Part shown: positions 54,480-63,867 of the stretch, piece after piece
Numbering within the stretch: position 1 is the stretch's first letter
Layout: each line of letters begins with the position of its first letter
NCBI RefSeq assembly: GCF_001194135.2
Contig: NC_069005.1
Coordinates: 22,388,656-22,452,655 of the forward strand
Reading direction: 5' to 3'
DNA from: Octopus bimaculoides
Taxonomy: Eukaryota
DNA: 64,000 nt
Notes under the pieces: model-generated
Seen by the model: the letters and a program-made list of their open reading frames with translations, nothing else
The model's database searches: none
Told to the model about the DNA's origin: nothing
Position numbers and translations under genes: made by a program

Positions 54480-57400
54480 GATGGCTTTCATTACCTCCCA
54501 ATTTATAAAGTAAATCACAAAAAAATAACAAAAATAAACAACAAAGAAATATATGGACAGCAAACTGAACTGAAATTTATACAAAACAAACAAAAAATTT
54601 AATTATCAAAGTAAAAACAAAAAGAGCAAAGCTAATATAAGGTCAACCCAATGCTGGAAAGAGTTAGGAAAAAATGGTCAAGTACATTCAATCAACTTGG
54701 AGTACATTACATGTTCTATTGAAAAATAGATATAACAGATCATGGGTGTTTGAGGTGACCAATATGCAACTGAGCCAATGAGGGAGGCTTTGTGGTGTTG
54801 TTTGAACTGCTAGAAACAACAGCCAAATCTCACAAAATATAACCTGCCTGTCTTACAAGAGAAAGGACACATTGGATAATGCAAACCTATACAGATAATG
54901 AATAAAAGCTAGAATGGCCATGTCTGGATCATCTAGATCTTAGACCTATGACTTCAGAGCTAACCCAGGATTAACTAATAACATTGATGTTACAAATAAG
55001 GCAGCCCCTATGTGGTCACTTGTCCTGCTAGAAATAGTGATTAAATTACCTTCAAATCACATTTTATCAGGTTAAAAAGGAAGTTACAATGTGCAATGTA
55101 ACCTATGTAATATTATGTCTAAAATAAAACTAGACGGTCAGTTTGATCATGAGTCTGCTTGATCAGGATTGACCTAGGTTTAAACAACTTGAAATATACA
55201 CTAAACGAATTTCTGATTTTTTTTTTTCTGTTTTCCTTTCAAATTCATTGTTTATTCGAGACCCTATCAAGACCCCCAACAAGATAACTATAATTGCCCT
55301 CAGCCTGCAGGTCACGTCAACTCCTCCACCCAATCTTCTTGAAACTCTCCTAGCAGCTAGATTTTGCACAGCTCAAACTCACTCTTTTCACTGGTACTCA
55401 TTAACACGATGGAAACAAAATAACATTAAATTAACTGGAAGAGAACATTTATAAAACAAAATTAACAATATGAATCTTACCACATTACAAATATAAATGT
55501 ACAACAGTGCATGTGTGTGTATGTATATATATATATATATACATACATACATACACACACACATATATAGCATAAATATATATATAGCATATATGTTATA
55601 GAGAGTGAAAGAGAGATAAGAAAAGCATATGTGTACATGTCATAAGAAACAACAGCACTCAACAGCACTTTGGTAGAATTTATTATAGCGTTATATAATA
55701 CCATCATCAGGATACATTATATATCATTCTGTGACAATATGCTATAGTTGTGTAATTCACTCTTCTGATGCACAAGATGTTTATGCAGCAAATGAGTGAT
55801 TCATGTATCTATAACATAATTTCACAAAACAATTTATAGTGTATTACAAGTGGTTGTATAACACAGACACACACACAAAAACAAACACACATATTATATT
55901 TAGACACACATGTTAAAACACATATATATACATTCTTACACAAACACACATATATATATTCACACACCCAAAGAGATATATGATGGACTCTCATGTCCAG
56001 TTGTTTAATCTAATGAACAACCTATTCATTGAATTAGTGGTCAAAGTATCCAAGTGTTTTACAGACACAAGTGTACTCTTTACATAACGCTCAGGTAGGC
56101 TCAGCATGTCACAAGGGTAACCAGGTTGGATGGACCTCTGAATATCAAGGACATGCTATTCAACAAGTCTCTGTATACTTTCATCAACCCAAATTCACTC
56201 ACAAGCCTTGGATCAACTCATGGCCATTGTAAATGAACTTTCCCAAGTTGCAATGCATCGACATCATCATTATTCAACACAGACTTTTCCATGCTTGCCT
56301 GAGTTACATAGAATTTGCTGAGGCAGATTTCCTACTGCTGGATGCCATTCCTGTTCCCAACCTTCACCTGTTTCCAAGCAAGGTAATATTTTTCCATACC
56401 TAAGCATGATTTCTATGAAAGACTGGAAACAAACAACCTGATTTGTATGATGATGACACTCGTTTATAACCACTGTATGATGTCTAGGTGAAGGTGCAAT
56501 GGCCCAGTGGTTAGGGCAGCGGACTCGCGGTCATAGGATCGTGGTTTCGATTCCCAGACCGGGTGTTGTGAGAGTTTATTNNNNNNNNNNNNNNNNNNNN
56601 NNNNNNNNNNNNNNNNNNNNNNNNNNNNNNNNNNNNNNNNNNNNNNNNNNNNNNNNNNNNNNNNNNNNNNNNNNNNNNNNNNNNNNNNNNNNNNNNNNNN
56701 NNNNNNNNNNNNNNNNNNNNNNNNNNNNNNNNNNNNNNNNNNNNNNNNNNNNNNNNNNNNNNNNNNNNNNNNNNNNNNNNNNNNNNNNNNNNNNNNNNNN
56801 NNNNNNNNNNNNNNNNNNNNNNNNNNNNNNNNNNNNNNNNNNNNNNNNNNNNNNNNNNNNNNNNNNNNNNNNNNNNNNNNNNNNNNNNNNNNNNNAACAC
56901 CTAAAGCTCCACGAGGCTCCGGCAGGGGATGGTGGCTAACCCTGCTGTACTCTTTCACCACAACTTTCTCTCACTCTTTCTTCCTGTTTCTGTTGTGCCT
57001 GTAATTCAAAGGGTCAGCCTTGTCACACTTTGTGTCACGCTGAATCTCCCCGAGAACTACGTTAAGGGTACACGTGTCTGTGGAGTGCTGTTCCGTTGAT
57101 CTGATCAACTGGAACCCTCGACGTCGTAAGCGACGGAGTGCCAACAACAACAACATGATTTCTAGACAGGGGTATAGGTGCCTGTGCACATACACACACA
57201 ATGGGCTTCTTTCAGTTTCTACCTGCTAAGTCCACTCACAAGGCTTTCACCGACCCAGAGCTATATAGTAGAGCAGTAGAAGACACTTGTCCAAGGTGCC
57301 ACACATTGGGACTGAACCCAAGATCACATAGTTGAGAAGGAAGCATTTTAACCATTCTGCAACCAGACAGAATACACACACACACACACACACTCATATA

Positions 57401-57754
57401 TTACATGTAAAGGTAATGAAATGGTATTGGCATTGTGTTAATAGTAGCAGACCAGAACTTGTTGAGCCTTTCTTTCCAAAAACACAAAGTGACACGAAGA
57501 CAAAAAGCATCAGGAGTCAAGAAAAGAAAACACTTCAGTTACCTTTATATGTAAAATATCTTTGTAAACATTTCAATGCGGTCATGTACACTAAAACACA
57601 CACTTGTAGATTGATGTGCATACATATACATACGTATACACATACATACATAAACACACAAATATAACTATACATATAATTATATATACATACATATATA
57701 TATGTGTACATATATATATGTGTGTGTGTGCGTACATATATATATATGTGTGTG

Positions 57755-57799
<45 letters not shown>

Positions 57800-60700
57800 C
57801 ATACATACACACATATATATACATACACGCACATACATATATACACACACATATATACATACACACACACATATATATATATACACACACACATACATAC
57901 ATACATACGCACACATATATATATATACGAGACCTTTGGAAATGTGCTGTGCGTGAGAAGACCCGGCAANNNNNNNNNNAAAAGACACCATTTCGAGCGT
58001 GGCCGTTTTCGTGCGGGTGACACGTAAAAGCACCCACTACACTCTCTGAGTGGTTGGCGTTAGGAAGGGCATCCAGCTGTAGAAACTCTGCCAAATCAGA
58101 CTGGAGCCTGGTGTTGCCATCCGGTTTCACCAGTCCTCAGTCAAATCGTCCAACCCATGCTAGCATGGAAAGCGGACGTTAAACGATGATATAAATGTAA
58201 CTTATATACAAAAATACATTGCATGTATAAATATTAAACACTAACACACACACACACACACATACATACACAAATAAACAAAATATTGAGTTGGGAGGTG
58301 AATCTTTAGGTGAATTATGTATGATATTTACCCCATTCTGTGCCATCTCCTTGGCTGCGAGCTTCGCCAGCACCTTCACCGCTCTCAGACACTAAAAAAT
58401 CAAACTCTGCAAGTGCTTCTTCAGTTTCTGGGTTTGCTAATACATCTTCCATGCCAGCCATGCTCTCATTTCCAATGCTCTGTAGAACATAACAAAAAAA
58501 ATTTAAAAATTAAAAATATTAAAAAAATAATGATAATAAATTAAAATAAAAACAATAATAATGAATAAAAATAAAAACACTAACAATAATAATGATAAAT
58601 TAAAATAAAAACAATATCACAAAGTTTAAGATTAGTCAAGAAGTAGTGAATATATAGAATTGTATTATCCTATAAACTGCGCAGTTTCAAATAAATTTGA
58701 GATTTCTCTCAGTATTTAGCTAAGGGTTTTGACCCAATACCAGGTATTGGAACAAAAGTTGGCTAAGCCTGATACATTAAAAAAATTACAAATAAAAACC
58801 TACAAAAGCAGATATTATTCAGTCTCATATTGTGACTTTATAGTGTTTCTTTGGAACTATACACCCATTTTATGTCAGGCCAGATAAAATATAGAATAAA
58901 AAAAAAAGAAGAAAGATCTGCTGCTAGTAATTATATAAGCCAATAATCAGGCCTTTGGTGACTGAACTGGTAACACCTCCCTAGGGTTTCACCCATGCAT
59001 ATGAACAATGATGGACATTCTATCAGAACCAAAAAAAAAAAACTATATTTGGTGACAGGGGGAATTAACTCAATACGGAGTCAACAGCCATCCATCAAAC
59101 TACAAAAGGTTTTGAGTTTAGCATTAATGACTCTTTTGGCAACCTTTGCACCTGGTGGTCCCTCAGTCATACTAGCTTTGCCTTTCCTCTGACCAAGTGG
59201 GGACCTGTGTGACGGAAGCCTCTTGATAAGTGTGAGAACCACCAAGGTGGTTAAAATCAGTCACGACGAAGATTATCATTTCTTCTGCATTGTTGGAAAT
59301 GATAGACATATGCCATTACTTAAACTCTCAAGTTGTTTGAATTCTATTCTAAAATATTTGTAATCCTATCAAAAAAAGCCACACAGTATGTCCCATTTCT
59401 TGGACAGTAGCTTAATTCTGCTGTTTGAGATATTAATATCCTTACATTTACTTTTAGTTTTTTTTTTGTTTTTTTTTTTGGAAACCATGTTACCAATTAT
59501 ATGAACATCACATGTGTCAATACATTTATGCAGCATTACAAATGATTACTTTTCAAGAACTTGGCCACTAAATCAGGTTTCCTGGGCAATACCAAGTATT
59601 CCGTTAGAGGGGACAAGGTATTGTCCACATCAGTATCTTATCCTCCAAGGAAAAGAGTCGCTTCCTCTGTACCCCTAACTTGTTTCTGAAGTAGAAAATG
59701 CACAGATAGTCAGCTACTAGACCAACAGAGTAGAGAAACCTCAGCTGATTATCAGACCAAACATGTACCCAGTTGACCAGCTATCAAGGAATATGTGTCC
59801 ACTCAGTCAGCTCTCATTGCAGATGTGTCATAACTGGACAGTTATCAGGTAACCATTTGGTATTTATCAGTCTACTGATGGTTAAAAACTGAAAATATCA
59901 TGGCTATAAAGAAGAACATAAACTTGAAAGTATCCAGAAAACGAAGGAAATATTTGCATTATAAAGTAGAATATGTCCAAACTATAAAACAGACTATAAC
60001 CAGTTGGAAATCAACAAGTGTTTAACTAGCAGCAACACTACAAAAATCAAACCACAATTTGAAAGTGGCTTATTCTTTACTTTTCAGATTATGAATGACA
60101 AGTGAACATATCTAATTGGTCAATTATTGAGCAAAGGTCCAGTTAGTTGCCAGTAACAAGGCTATACAAAACTGGTCAAACTATTGGTCAGCTATGTGGC
60201 TACATAACTTTGTTAGCTATCAAATCATGGAATAAACATAAAAATGCCTAGATGATCAAAATGTCTAGCTTAGTTATCTGATAAAGTAATGAAAGTCTCC
60301 AGTTGGCCAACCAGTCTTGTAATAGGTATGTCAAACTAACAATTACTGTCAGAGTGCTATATAAACAAATATTAGATAGGTTAACTAGATATTTTAGTAT
60401 GGTCCAATAGATAATGTACTGAACTCCAGTACAAAAGGAACCAAATTGAATTCCAGTTAGAAAATAAAAAATTTCCCAGCTCACCTTGTTCTACAATTAG
60501 AGTTCTTACGTATAAATAGGTAAATATTGGACAATTACTGCTGAGTGTTAGCATGGCCTAGTCAATAGCAGATATGGAAATTTGAGTAATGGTTAAACAG
60601 TAGAATTTAGACAACTAGAAAATTAGGTTCAAGCCCAGGTACCAGCAGAGACTGTTGCTTTATTTTTTAACTTTTCCATCCAATTAAATACAATTATAAT

Positions 60701-62329
60701 TTAGTTAATTCGAATTCAATCCCTTATTACAATTTTTGATGTTTAATAGTTCAATCTGCCAGAGAGAGAGAGGGAGGGAGAGAGAGATTCATCTTAGATC
60801 ACAATAACAAGAACCAGTTTTTGTTATAGTTGTTGCCTAGCCTGATCCAGCAAAAGCTTTATATAAAGACATTCCAGTCATGACCATCCTATCTTTTATT
60901 TAGAAAGTGTATCTGGAATTGCTTTATCTCACATGTCCTTTTTTTTTAATACAGTTGGAGAGAATTTGAAGATTTTACTGCCATATCTGGAAGGGTGGTT
61001 GCTGCCACATCTAAAAGATTGGTTAGCATACAGTCAACCTATTCTTGGCAAGCTGCTTGATCTTGCAGACACTGCCTGATCAGCTTGTCGAGTTCCAATG
61101 ATACACCAAGGGGGTGGAGTGCTAAATTTAGATTTGGTGAGGCTCTAATCTATAATATGCATTAAGGCTTCTTGATAAAAAAAAAATTATACCAGATGGT
61201 TTTATAAATAAGGAAAACATACTCCTTTTAATTATTTTGAGATGTCTGTAGATTTGTAAGGCTGAAAGATATAAAGTGTTTAGCACTGCTGGGGGTGGGG
61301 GGAACGACTCCCAGCTCAATCTACATACAGTTGAAAGATCTCAATTTTAATCAAAGGCGTTTTTATATATTTGTCATTTCATTCAAGCAATGGACTTGAG
61401 GTTGTGGATGAAGCAGTGAACTTACTAAGCAGCACTACTGGTGCGTTTGCAGTAATGGTAATAAAAAGAAATATTTAAGCAATATTTTATTCATGTTTCT
61501 AAATGAAATTGTCATTTATCAATTGTTTTTAACCGTCTTCTTAGACATTATAAACTATTCTCTTCCTCCCACACACAGACACAGATGATAACATATTCAG
61601 TCATATGTGACAGGGAAGAGCTATTTTAAAACAGATGCAGATTGCAAGGATTGCTAGACTTTACCAGTCATACAACACTGACTATTAATGGAGCTGTTGT
61701 GACACCAATAAACCAATTGCAATTAGTGTAACACCACCAAGCCAGTCAGAGTGAGTGTAACACTAGTCAACCAATCAGGAAGAGTATAACCCCAGTAAGC
61801 TAGTTGCATGGGTGTAACTTCAGTTAGTCCATTGGCATGACTGTAACACCAGTTAGCCACTTAAAGTGAATGTAACATGAGTTAAACAGTCAATATGAGT
61901 TTAACAGCAGTTAGCCAGTAGGTATGAGTGTAACAACAACAAGCAAATGGGAGTGAGTGGAACTCCAATTAGCCAGTGTGGGTGAGTGTAACACCTGTTA
62001 GCCAGCCGTTTCAACTAACACCGAAGGCAGAACATCAAAATGTCCATAAATTTTCACAACAGAAGATAATTATAAGACATTATTTCTTCATGTCATACAA
62101 CATTACTTAAAATCACTTCAAAACTAATTAAAGGAACAAACAATTAAAACAAATGAACAAAATTAACTAGTTTTCAACAAGAGAGAAAATCTTTGCTTGT
62201 TTTTTGCTTTTCGTTTTTTTTAAAAGATTTTTCTTCATTCTGAAAATGTATCGGACCTTAAACTTCCTCTGTTTTTCTGCTCTTTCTTCAGATTCATCAT
62301 CAGCAGAAATGCCATCTTCATTCTCATCA
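2354..62329 (-). CDS. STRN3: Striatin-family gene (STRN/STRN3/STRN4; Drosophila Cka-like), 5'-partial, 13 coding exons in window
   Basis: Spliced translation contains striatin hallmarks: [106 protein letters not shown] and C-terminal [13 protein letters not shown]. All 12 introns are GT-AG with matching phases; 1855 nt = 1 + 618 codons. Paralog assignment is nominal because invertebrates usually have a single striatin. Confidence 0.97.
2649..2868. mobile_element. 220-bp non-autonomous piggyBac-type element (TTAA target, CCCTTTAGCATT-type TIR)
   Basis: Right end AATGCTAAAGGG|TTAA; left end degenerate TTAA|CAGTTTAATTC; homologous 220-bp copy at 31916-32135. Confidence 0.6.
5592..5678 (-). CDS. 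STRN3: Striatin exon E12 (87 nt, phase 1-1), WD40: [28 protein letters not shown]
   Basis: Acceptor ctgttttag, donor A|gtaagt. Confidence 0.97.
8419..8526 (-). CDS. STRN3: Striatin exon E11 (108 nt, phase 1-1), WD40: [35 protein letters not shown]
   Basis: Acceptor cttttccag, donor G|gtaaga. Confidence 0.97.
8751..8891 (-). CDS. STRN3: Striatin exon E10 (141 nt, phase 1-1): [46 protein letters not shown]
   Basis: Acceptor tatttcag, donor G|gttggt; G.PTSVD...DP..MV.S motif. Confidence 0.95.
10456..10623 (-). CDS. STRN3: Striatin exon E9 (168 nt, phase 1-1), WD40: [55 protein letters not shown]
   Basis: Acceptor cttctctag, donor G|gtaagt; GHTDAVWGL and [12 protein letters not shown] motifs. 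Confidence 0.97.
12720..12889 (-). CDS. STRN3: Striatin exon E8 (170 nt, phase 2-1), WD40: [56 protein letters not shown]
   Basis: Acceptor atcaacag, donor G|gtaagc; overlaps ORF 12637..12879. Confidence 0.97.
13218..13590 (-). mobile_element. tRNA-derived SINE (family T, (CAA)n tail) with 11-bp TSD
   Basis: Head has A-box TGGCCCAGTGG; TSD ACTACAAACTT at 13207-13217 and 13591-13601; 14-nt internal deletion in the head. Confidence 0.9.
13983..14383 (+). mobile_element. SINE family B (tRNA-like head, CORE-like CTTGGGCAAGT segment, internal (TG)n), near full length
   Basis: GGCATGGCTGTGTGGTAAGAAGCTTGC...ACCTTGGGCAAGTGTCTTCTACTATAGCC...GGTGCTCCAGCATGGCC. Other copies at about 2955-3313(+), 11660-11790(-), 12497-12630(-), 17080-17235(-), 23880-24040(-), 25395-25775(-), 36520-36665(-), 37610-37760(+), 49180-49310(-), 57200-57360(-). 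Confidence 0.85.
15171..15287 (-). CDS. STRN3: Striatin exon E7 (117 nt, phase 2-2), WD40: [38 protein letters not shown]
   Basis: Acceptor cttttccag, donor AA|gtaagt; canonical first WD repeat. Confidence 0.97.
15488..15546 (-). CDS. STRN3: Striatin exon E6 (59 nt, phase 0-2): [19 protein letters not shown]
   Basis: Acceptor ttatctag, donor AG|gtaaga; conserved RKTWN.KYTLRS. Too short to appear in the ORF track. Confidence 0.96.
15575..16365 (-). mobile_element. Tandem array of 4 SINE family C copies (Deu/Nin-domain-like core, (ATT)n tail)
   Basis: Repeated GGCACAAGGCC...GGTACTTATTTTATCGACCCCGAAAGGATGAAAGGCAAAGTC units separated by (AAT)n/(AAC)n. The domain name is from recalled similarity and was not searched. 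Confidence 0.8.
16708..16834. mobile_element. 127-bp Tc1/mariner-type MITE
   Basis: TA|CAGGGTGTCCACAAAGTCTGGATACA ... TGTAGCCAGACTTTGTGGACACCCTA|TA; about 28-bp TIRs and TA TSD. Confidence 0.85.
17357..17514 (-). CDS. STRN3: Striatin exon E5 (158 nt, phase 1-0): [52 protein letters not shown]
   Basis: Acceptor gtttgacag, donor GAT|gtgagt; conserved LGLGELA.LTV.NEAD. Confidence 0.96.
19576..19619 (-). ncRNA. Type I hammerhead-ribozyme-like motif HHR-a (sense to striatin pre-mRNA)
   Basis: ACUUCA-CUGAUGA-GGUCAUG(GUAA)CAUU-GAAA-C-CU-GU-C-UGGAGU; helix I 6 bp; GUC cleavage triplet. Confidence 0.55.
20340..20600. repeat. Degenerate minisatellite, about 30-33-bp unit (AAGTACCACAGATGGGAGGTACAGCTAAC-like)
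   Basis: About 8 diverged units read by eye. Confidence 0.6.
20665..20978. repeat. Tandem repeat, 103-bp unit x3
   Basis: Units start at 20665, 20768 and 20871 and are nearly identical; they produce the duplicated ORFs 20667/20770. Confidence 0.95.
24200..25320 (+). mobile_element. Decayed mariner transposon (transposase pseudogene)
   Basis: Peptide fragments [16 protein letters not shown] (mariner xGxRKVCARWVPxxLT), VTGDE and IHHDN; multiple stops and frameshifts. Boundaries are approximate. Confidence 0.8.
26001..26056 (+). ncRNA. Type I hammerhead-ribozyme-like motif HHR-b (decayed)
   Basis: GUCU-CUGAUGA-[AUAUCC/GGAUAU helix II]-GAAA-C-AGGU-GU-A-AGAU. Confidence 0.55.
26377..26724 (-). 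CDS. STRN3: Striatin exon E4 (348 nt, phase 1-1): [14 protein letters not shown]...Ser/Gly/Asp-rich...HLPEHFDDN
   Basis: Acceptor ctcctgtgtacatag, donor G|gtatgc; open frame of 115 codons; the start resembles vertebrate PNR(S/T)KL.DM.A.L; in frame with E3 and E5. Confidence 0.88.
27189..27385. repeat. Minisatellite, about 51-bp unit x4 (GTCTTAATCCTAGATATGTGTACATGGTTCCTGACTGGATC)
   Basis: Recurrent CCTGACTGGATC and GTCTTAAT blocks; the second unit is shortened. Confidence 0.75.
27407..27793 (-). mobile_element. tRNA-derived SINE (family T), full length, with 10-bp TSD
   Basis: A-box TGGCCCAGTGG, B-box-like GTTTCGATTCC, (CAA)n tail; TSD CATTAATATT at 27397-27406 and 27794-27803. Confidence 0.92.
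31228..31463. mobile_element. Fold-back/MITE-like element with about 85-bp imperfect inverted arms
   Basis: AAATAAATTGTTTTAACAGTGGAACTC... versus ...GAGTTCCACCATTAAAACAATTTATTT. Confidence 0.75.
31916..32135. mobile_element. 220-bp non-autonomous piggyBac-type element, second copy
   Basis: TTAA|CCCTTTAGCATT ... AATGCTAAAGAG|TTAG; internal sequence alignable to 2649-2868. Confidence 0.65.
32140..32448. mobile_element. About 310-bp near-palindromic (MITE-like) element
   Basis: Arms of about 150 bp alignable as reverse complements; loop of about 14 nt at 32289-32302. Confidence 0.8.
33624..33755 (+). ncRNA. Type I hammerhead-ribozyme-like motif HHR-c
   Basis: GAGC-CUGAAGA-[about 16-bp helix II with AT-rich loop]-GAAA-C-AU-GU-A-GUUC; helix III palindrome ACAUGU; helix I GAGC/GUUC. 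Confidence 0.65.
33930..34260 (+). pseudogene. Penelope-like element GIY-YIG endonuclease remnant
   Basis: [19 protein letters not shown]...H.TSFRN, WSIL, then after a frameshift [13 protein letters not shown]...LVNQ, which matches the PLE pattern VVY-x-YIG...H..SF...WSI...C.LC..E..IL...LN. The expected catalytic Arg appears as Ile. Confidence 0.75.
35051..35142 (+). ncRNA. Type I hammerhead-ribozyme-like motif HHR-d
   Basis: GGUUCC-CUGAUGA-[about 14-bp helix II]-GAAA-C-AUAU-GU-A-GGAAUU; helix III palindrome ACAUAUGU; helix I 6 bp. Confidence 0.7.
35213..35790 (-). mobile_element. RTE-clade LINE 3' fragment with an inverted 5' segment
   Basis: Minus strand 35560-35213: [33 protein letters not shown] plus RTE-type 3' end; plus strand 35560-35790: [10 protein letters not shown]...[15 protein letters not shown]. 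Confidence 0.88.
39449..39496. repeat. (GT)n microsatellite, representative of many (AT)n, (AG)n, (GT)n, (AAT)n and (ATG)n tracts
   Basis: Directly visible. Other examples are (AG)n 276-318, (AAT)n about 17991-18037 and (GT)n 42615-42674. Most N-gaps abut such tracts. Confidence 0.95.
40267..40374 (-). CDS. STRN3: Striatin exon E3 (108 nt, phase 1-1): [35 protein letters not shown]
   Basis: Acceptor tacaatag, donor A|gtgagt; matches vertebrate [28 protein letters not shown]. Confidence 0.95.
40591..40793. mobile_element. Small MITE-like element with 21-bp inverted termini
   Basis: TGTGTAAAGTCATATCCAGCA versus reverse complement TGTGTAAAGTCATATTCAACA (19/21). Confidence 0.55.
45650..46830 (-). 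mobile_element. Tandem array of about 6 SINE family C copies
   Basis: Same units, same orientation, (AAT)n spacers. Further copies at 7960-8060, 12960-13160, 17830-17985, 29660-30270 (x3), 36720-36900, 38930-39140 (all -) and 14480-14670, 22350-22520, 31770-31910, 44980-45110 (+). Confidence 0.8.
48855..49097 (+). repeat. Dispersed direct duplication, partner at 52336-52526
   Basis: Both begin TCAAGTGACTATTCACTTAAATAAAGGCTCAAG and end GATTTCAAAGTTTTCCT. Confidence 0.85.
54249..54443. mobile_element. MITE with about 63-bp inverted arms
   Basis: Perfect 36-bp core ATTTTCTTATTGTGCCTTAAAATTTAACACACTCAC present in both orientations; 68-nt spacer. Confidence 0.8.
56488..57154 (+). mobile_element. 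tRNA-derived SINE (family T) interrupted by a 315-N gap, inserted into an older SINE
   Basis: Head GGTGCAATGGCCCAGTGGTTAGGGCAGCGGACTCGCGG; tail CAACAACAACAAC; TSD ATGATGTCTAG / ATGATTTCTAG (1 mismatch) at 56477-56487 and 57155-57165. Confidence 0.88.
57929..58190 (+). mobile_element. SINE family A ((ATG)n tail; TTAGGAAGGGCATCCAGC core)
   Basis: Copies at about 3970-4101(-), 5845-6075(-), 9352-9480(-), 14895-14945(-), 27870-28007(-), 53330-53565(+); related copies at 32680-32890(-) and 56265-56487(-). Confidence 0.85.
58332..58479 (-). CDS. STRN3: Striatin exon E2 (148 nt, phase 0-1): [49 protein letters not shown]
   Basis: Acceptor ttctacag, donor G|gtaaat; conserved EEAL.EFDFLV and [15 protein letters not shown] motifs. 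Confidence 0.96.
61699..62007. repeat. Degenerate minisatellite, about 29-bp unit x11 (GTGTAACACCAGTTAGCCAGTCAGTGTGA-like)
   Basis: Eleven units with recurring GTAAC and TTAGCCA blocks. Confidence 0.8.
62257..62329 (-). CDS. STRN3: Striatin exon E1 (73 nt, phase 2-0): [24 protein letters not shown]
   Basis: Long pyrimidine tract then ttccag acceptor; donor AAG|gtccga; acidic-then-basic linker aligns with the vertebrate segment preceding IGNE; joins E2 in frame. Confidence 0.85.
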
Positions 62330-63867
62330 CTGGAAGTAAAAAGTAAAGAAACAAAAGTTAATGGAAAGATATATAAATAAAAAAATTAAAAAAAGAAAGA
62401 TAAATAGTGGGAAAATGGTGGGGAAATTCACAGTGAGACAGTGGGAGAGGAAATAGTCCCCTTTTATTGCACACATAAGATAGGAACACAGAAGAGGGGT
62501 AGGATACACCAGTGCAGAGTGTGATGGGAGACACTACTGCACTCTGTTGGTGTATTTTCACTTCCCCTCTCAATTCCTATCACTGTATATACACTCACTT
62601 GCTGTCATAACAGTTTCAACATAGAACAAAATCCAAAGAAAATGATAATCTTAGTCAACAAAAATTAATCCAAAGAGTTTGGAGAGTTGATTTGACGTGT
62701 GTATGGGTTACAGATGTGGTTTTGGATGAAAGTGAGTATATCTATCTACTGTCTATACACACACACACACACACTATATTATTGACCAGCTTGTAGAAAA
62801 CAATAAAACATTTACTGGTGGTGGGACTCTATACATTTAGTAGAGTATAATTTACTGATAATACTGAAATGACTGGGACTTCAAGTTCTGCCTTAACAGC
62901 CTGTTCAAATTGAAAGGCCAGAAGTTCAGGCTTAAAGTCAGCTCCACTTGACTAAGACAGTGTCTGCTACTGAGGAGATAAAATCATGCAGAAACACCCT
63001 CTGAGTTCACTGATGTTGTTTGGAGCTCAGTTTGATGTTTTCACACGAAATGAATACGGAGAGAAATTTTTCTCCTAGACAAAATCCTACAGCAAATACC
63101 TCTCAAATTCTAGCGTGCAGAAACATGATGAAATTAATATACACATCTTTGTTCATGTTCATTCATTTTACATCTGCTAGTATGGGTAAGATAAGTCAGT
63201 GAGGTATTGTTTTACTTCCTGATGCTAACCATTACAGGTCTTTCAAGTAAGGAGTTTCTCTCTTATTTTAACATGGTTTTGGAGACATAAAGTCAGCAAG
63301 CAATTTTCGTTGACAAAAGAAATGCTTTCAGATGAGAACTGGTATGTGGAAACTGAGAAGAAGCCTATTGTCTTAGAGTACATGGCATTCCACATCTTCA
63401 TTAATACCCTCTTAGCAAAAATTGGGTGGAAGAAAAAGTGTCTTTCTTTGCAGTCTTCAGTTGAAAGTCTCATAGTTTCAACCGGCACTGTGTAAAGAAC
63501 AATGGAATGGAAAACTACCTCACTTAGAAAATGAGTAAGAGTTGGAGACGCTACTATGTACCAAATTTCCTTCACAAAAGATTGGTAGTTGAATATAAAG
63601 AAAAAAAGAGCTTTCTTCTCAAAAGATGAAGACACTAACTTCGACAAAAATTATAATTTTATTAGTCACTACTTGTTCATTAATTTCTAGTTAACAGCAA
63701 TAGTGTAAATGATTGAAATGAAGTGGAATAGTTTAATTAGCATTTTTGATATCCATTCAAAGATAGCAGTACAACAGAGGCAGACCATAAACATCATATG
63801 CAGTTACCTAATACACCTTGAAATGAAAGAATACTGTTTGTCTGGTGAGAGAGAATAGTGGGTAGAT

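Noticed and set aside
62880-63650. Upstream striatin exon or Tc1 transposase remnant
   Set aside because: No striatin N-terminal or linker motif was found in any frame, and the resemblance to a transposase is too weak to call.
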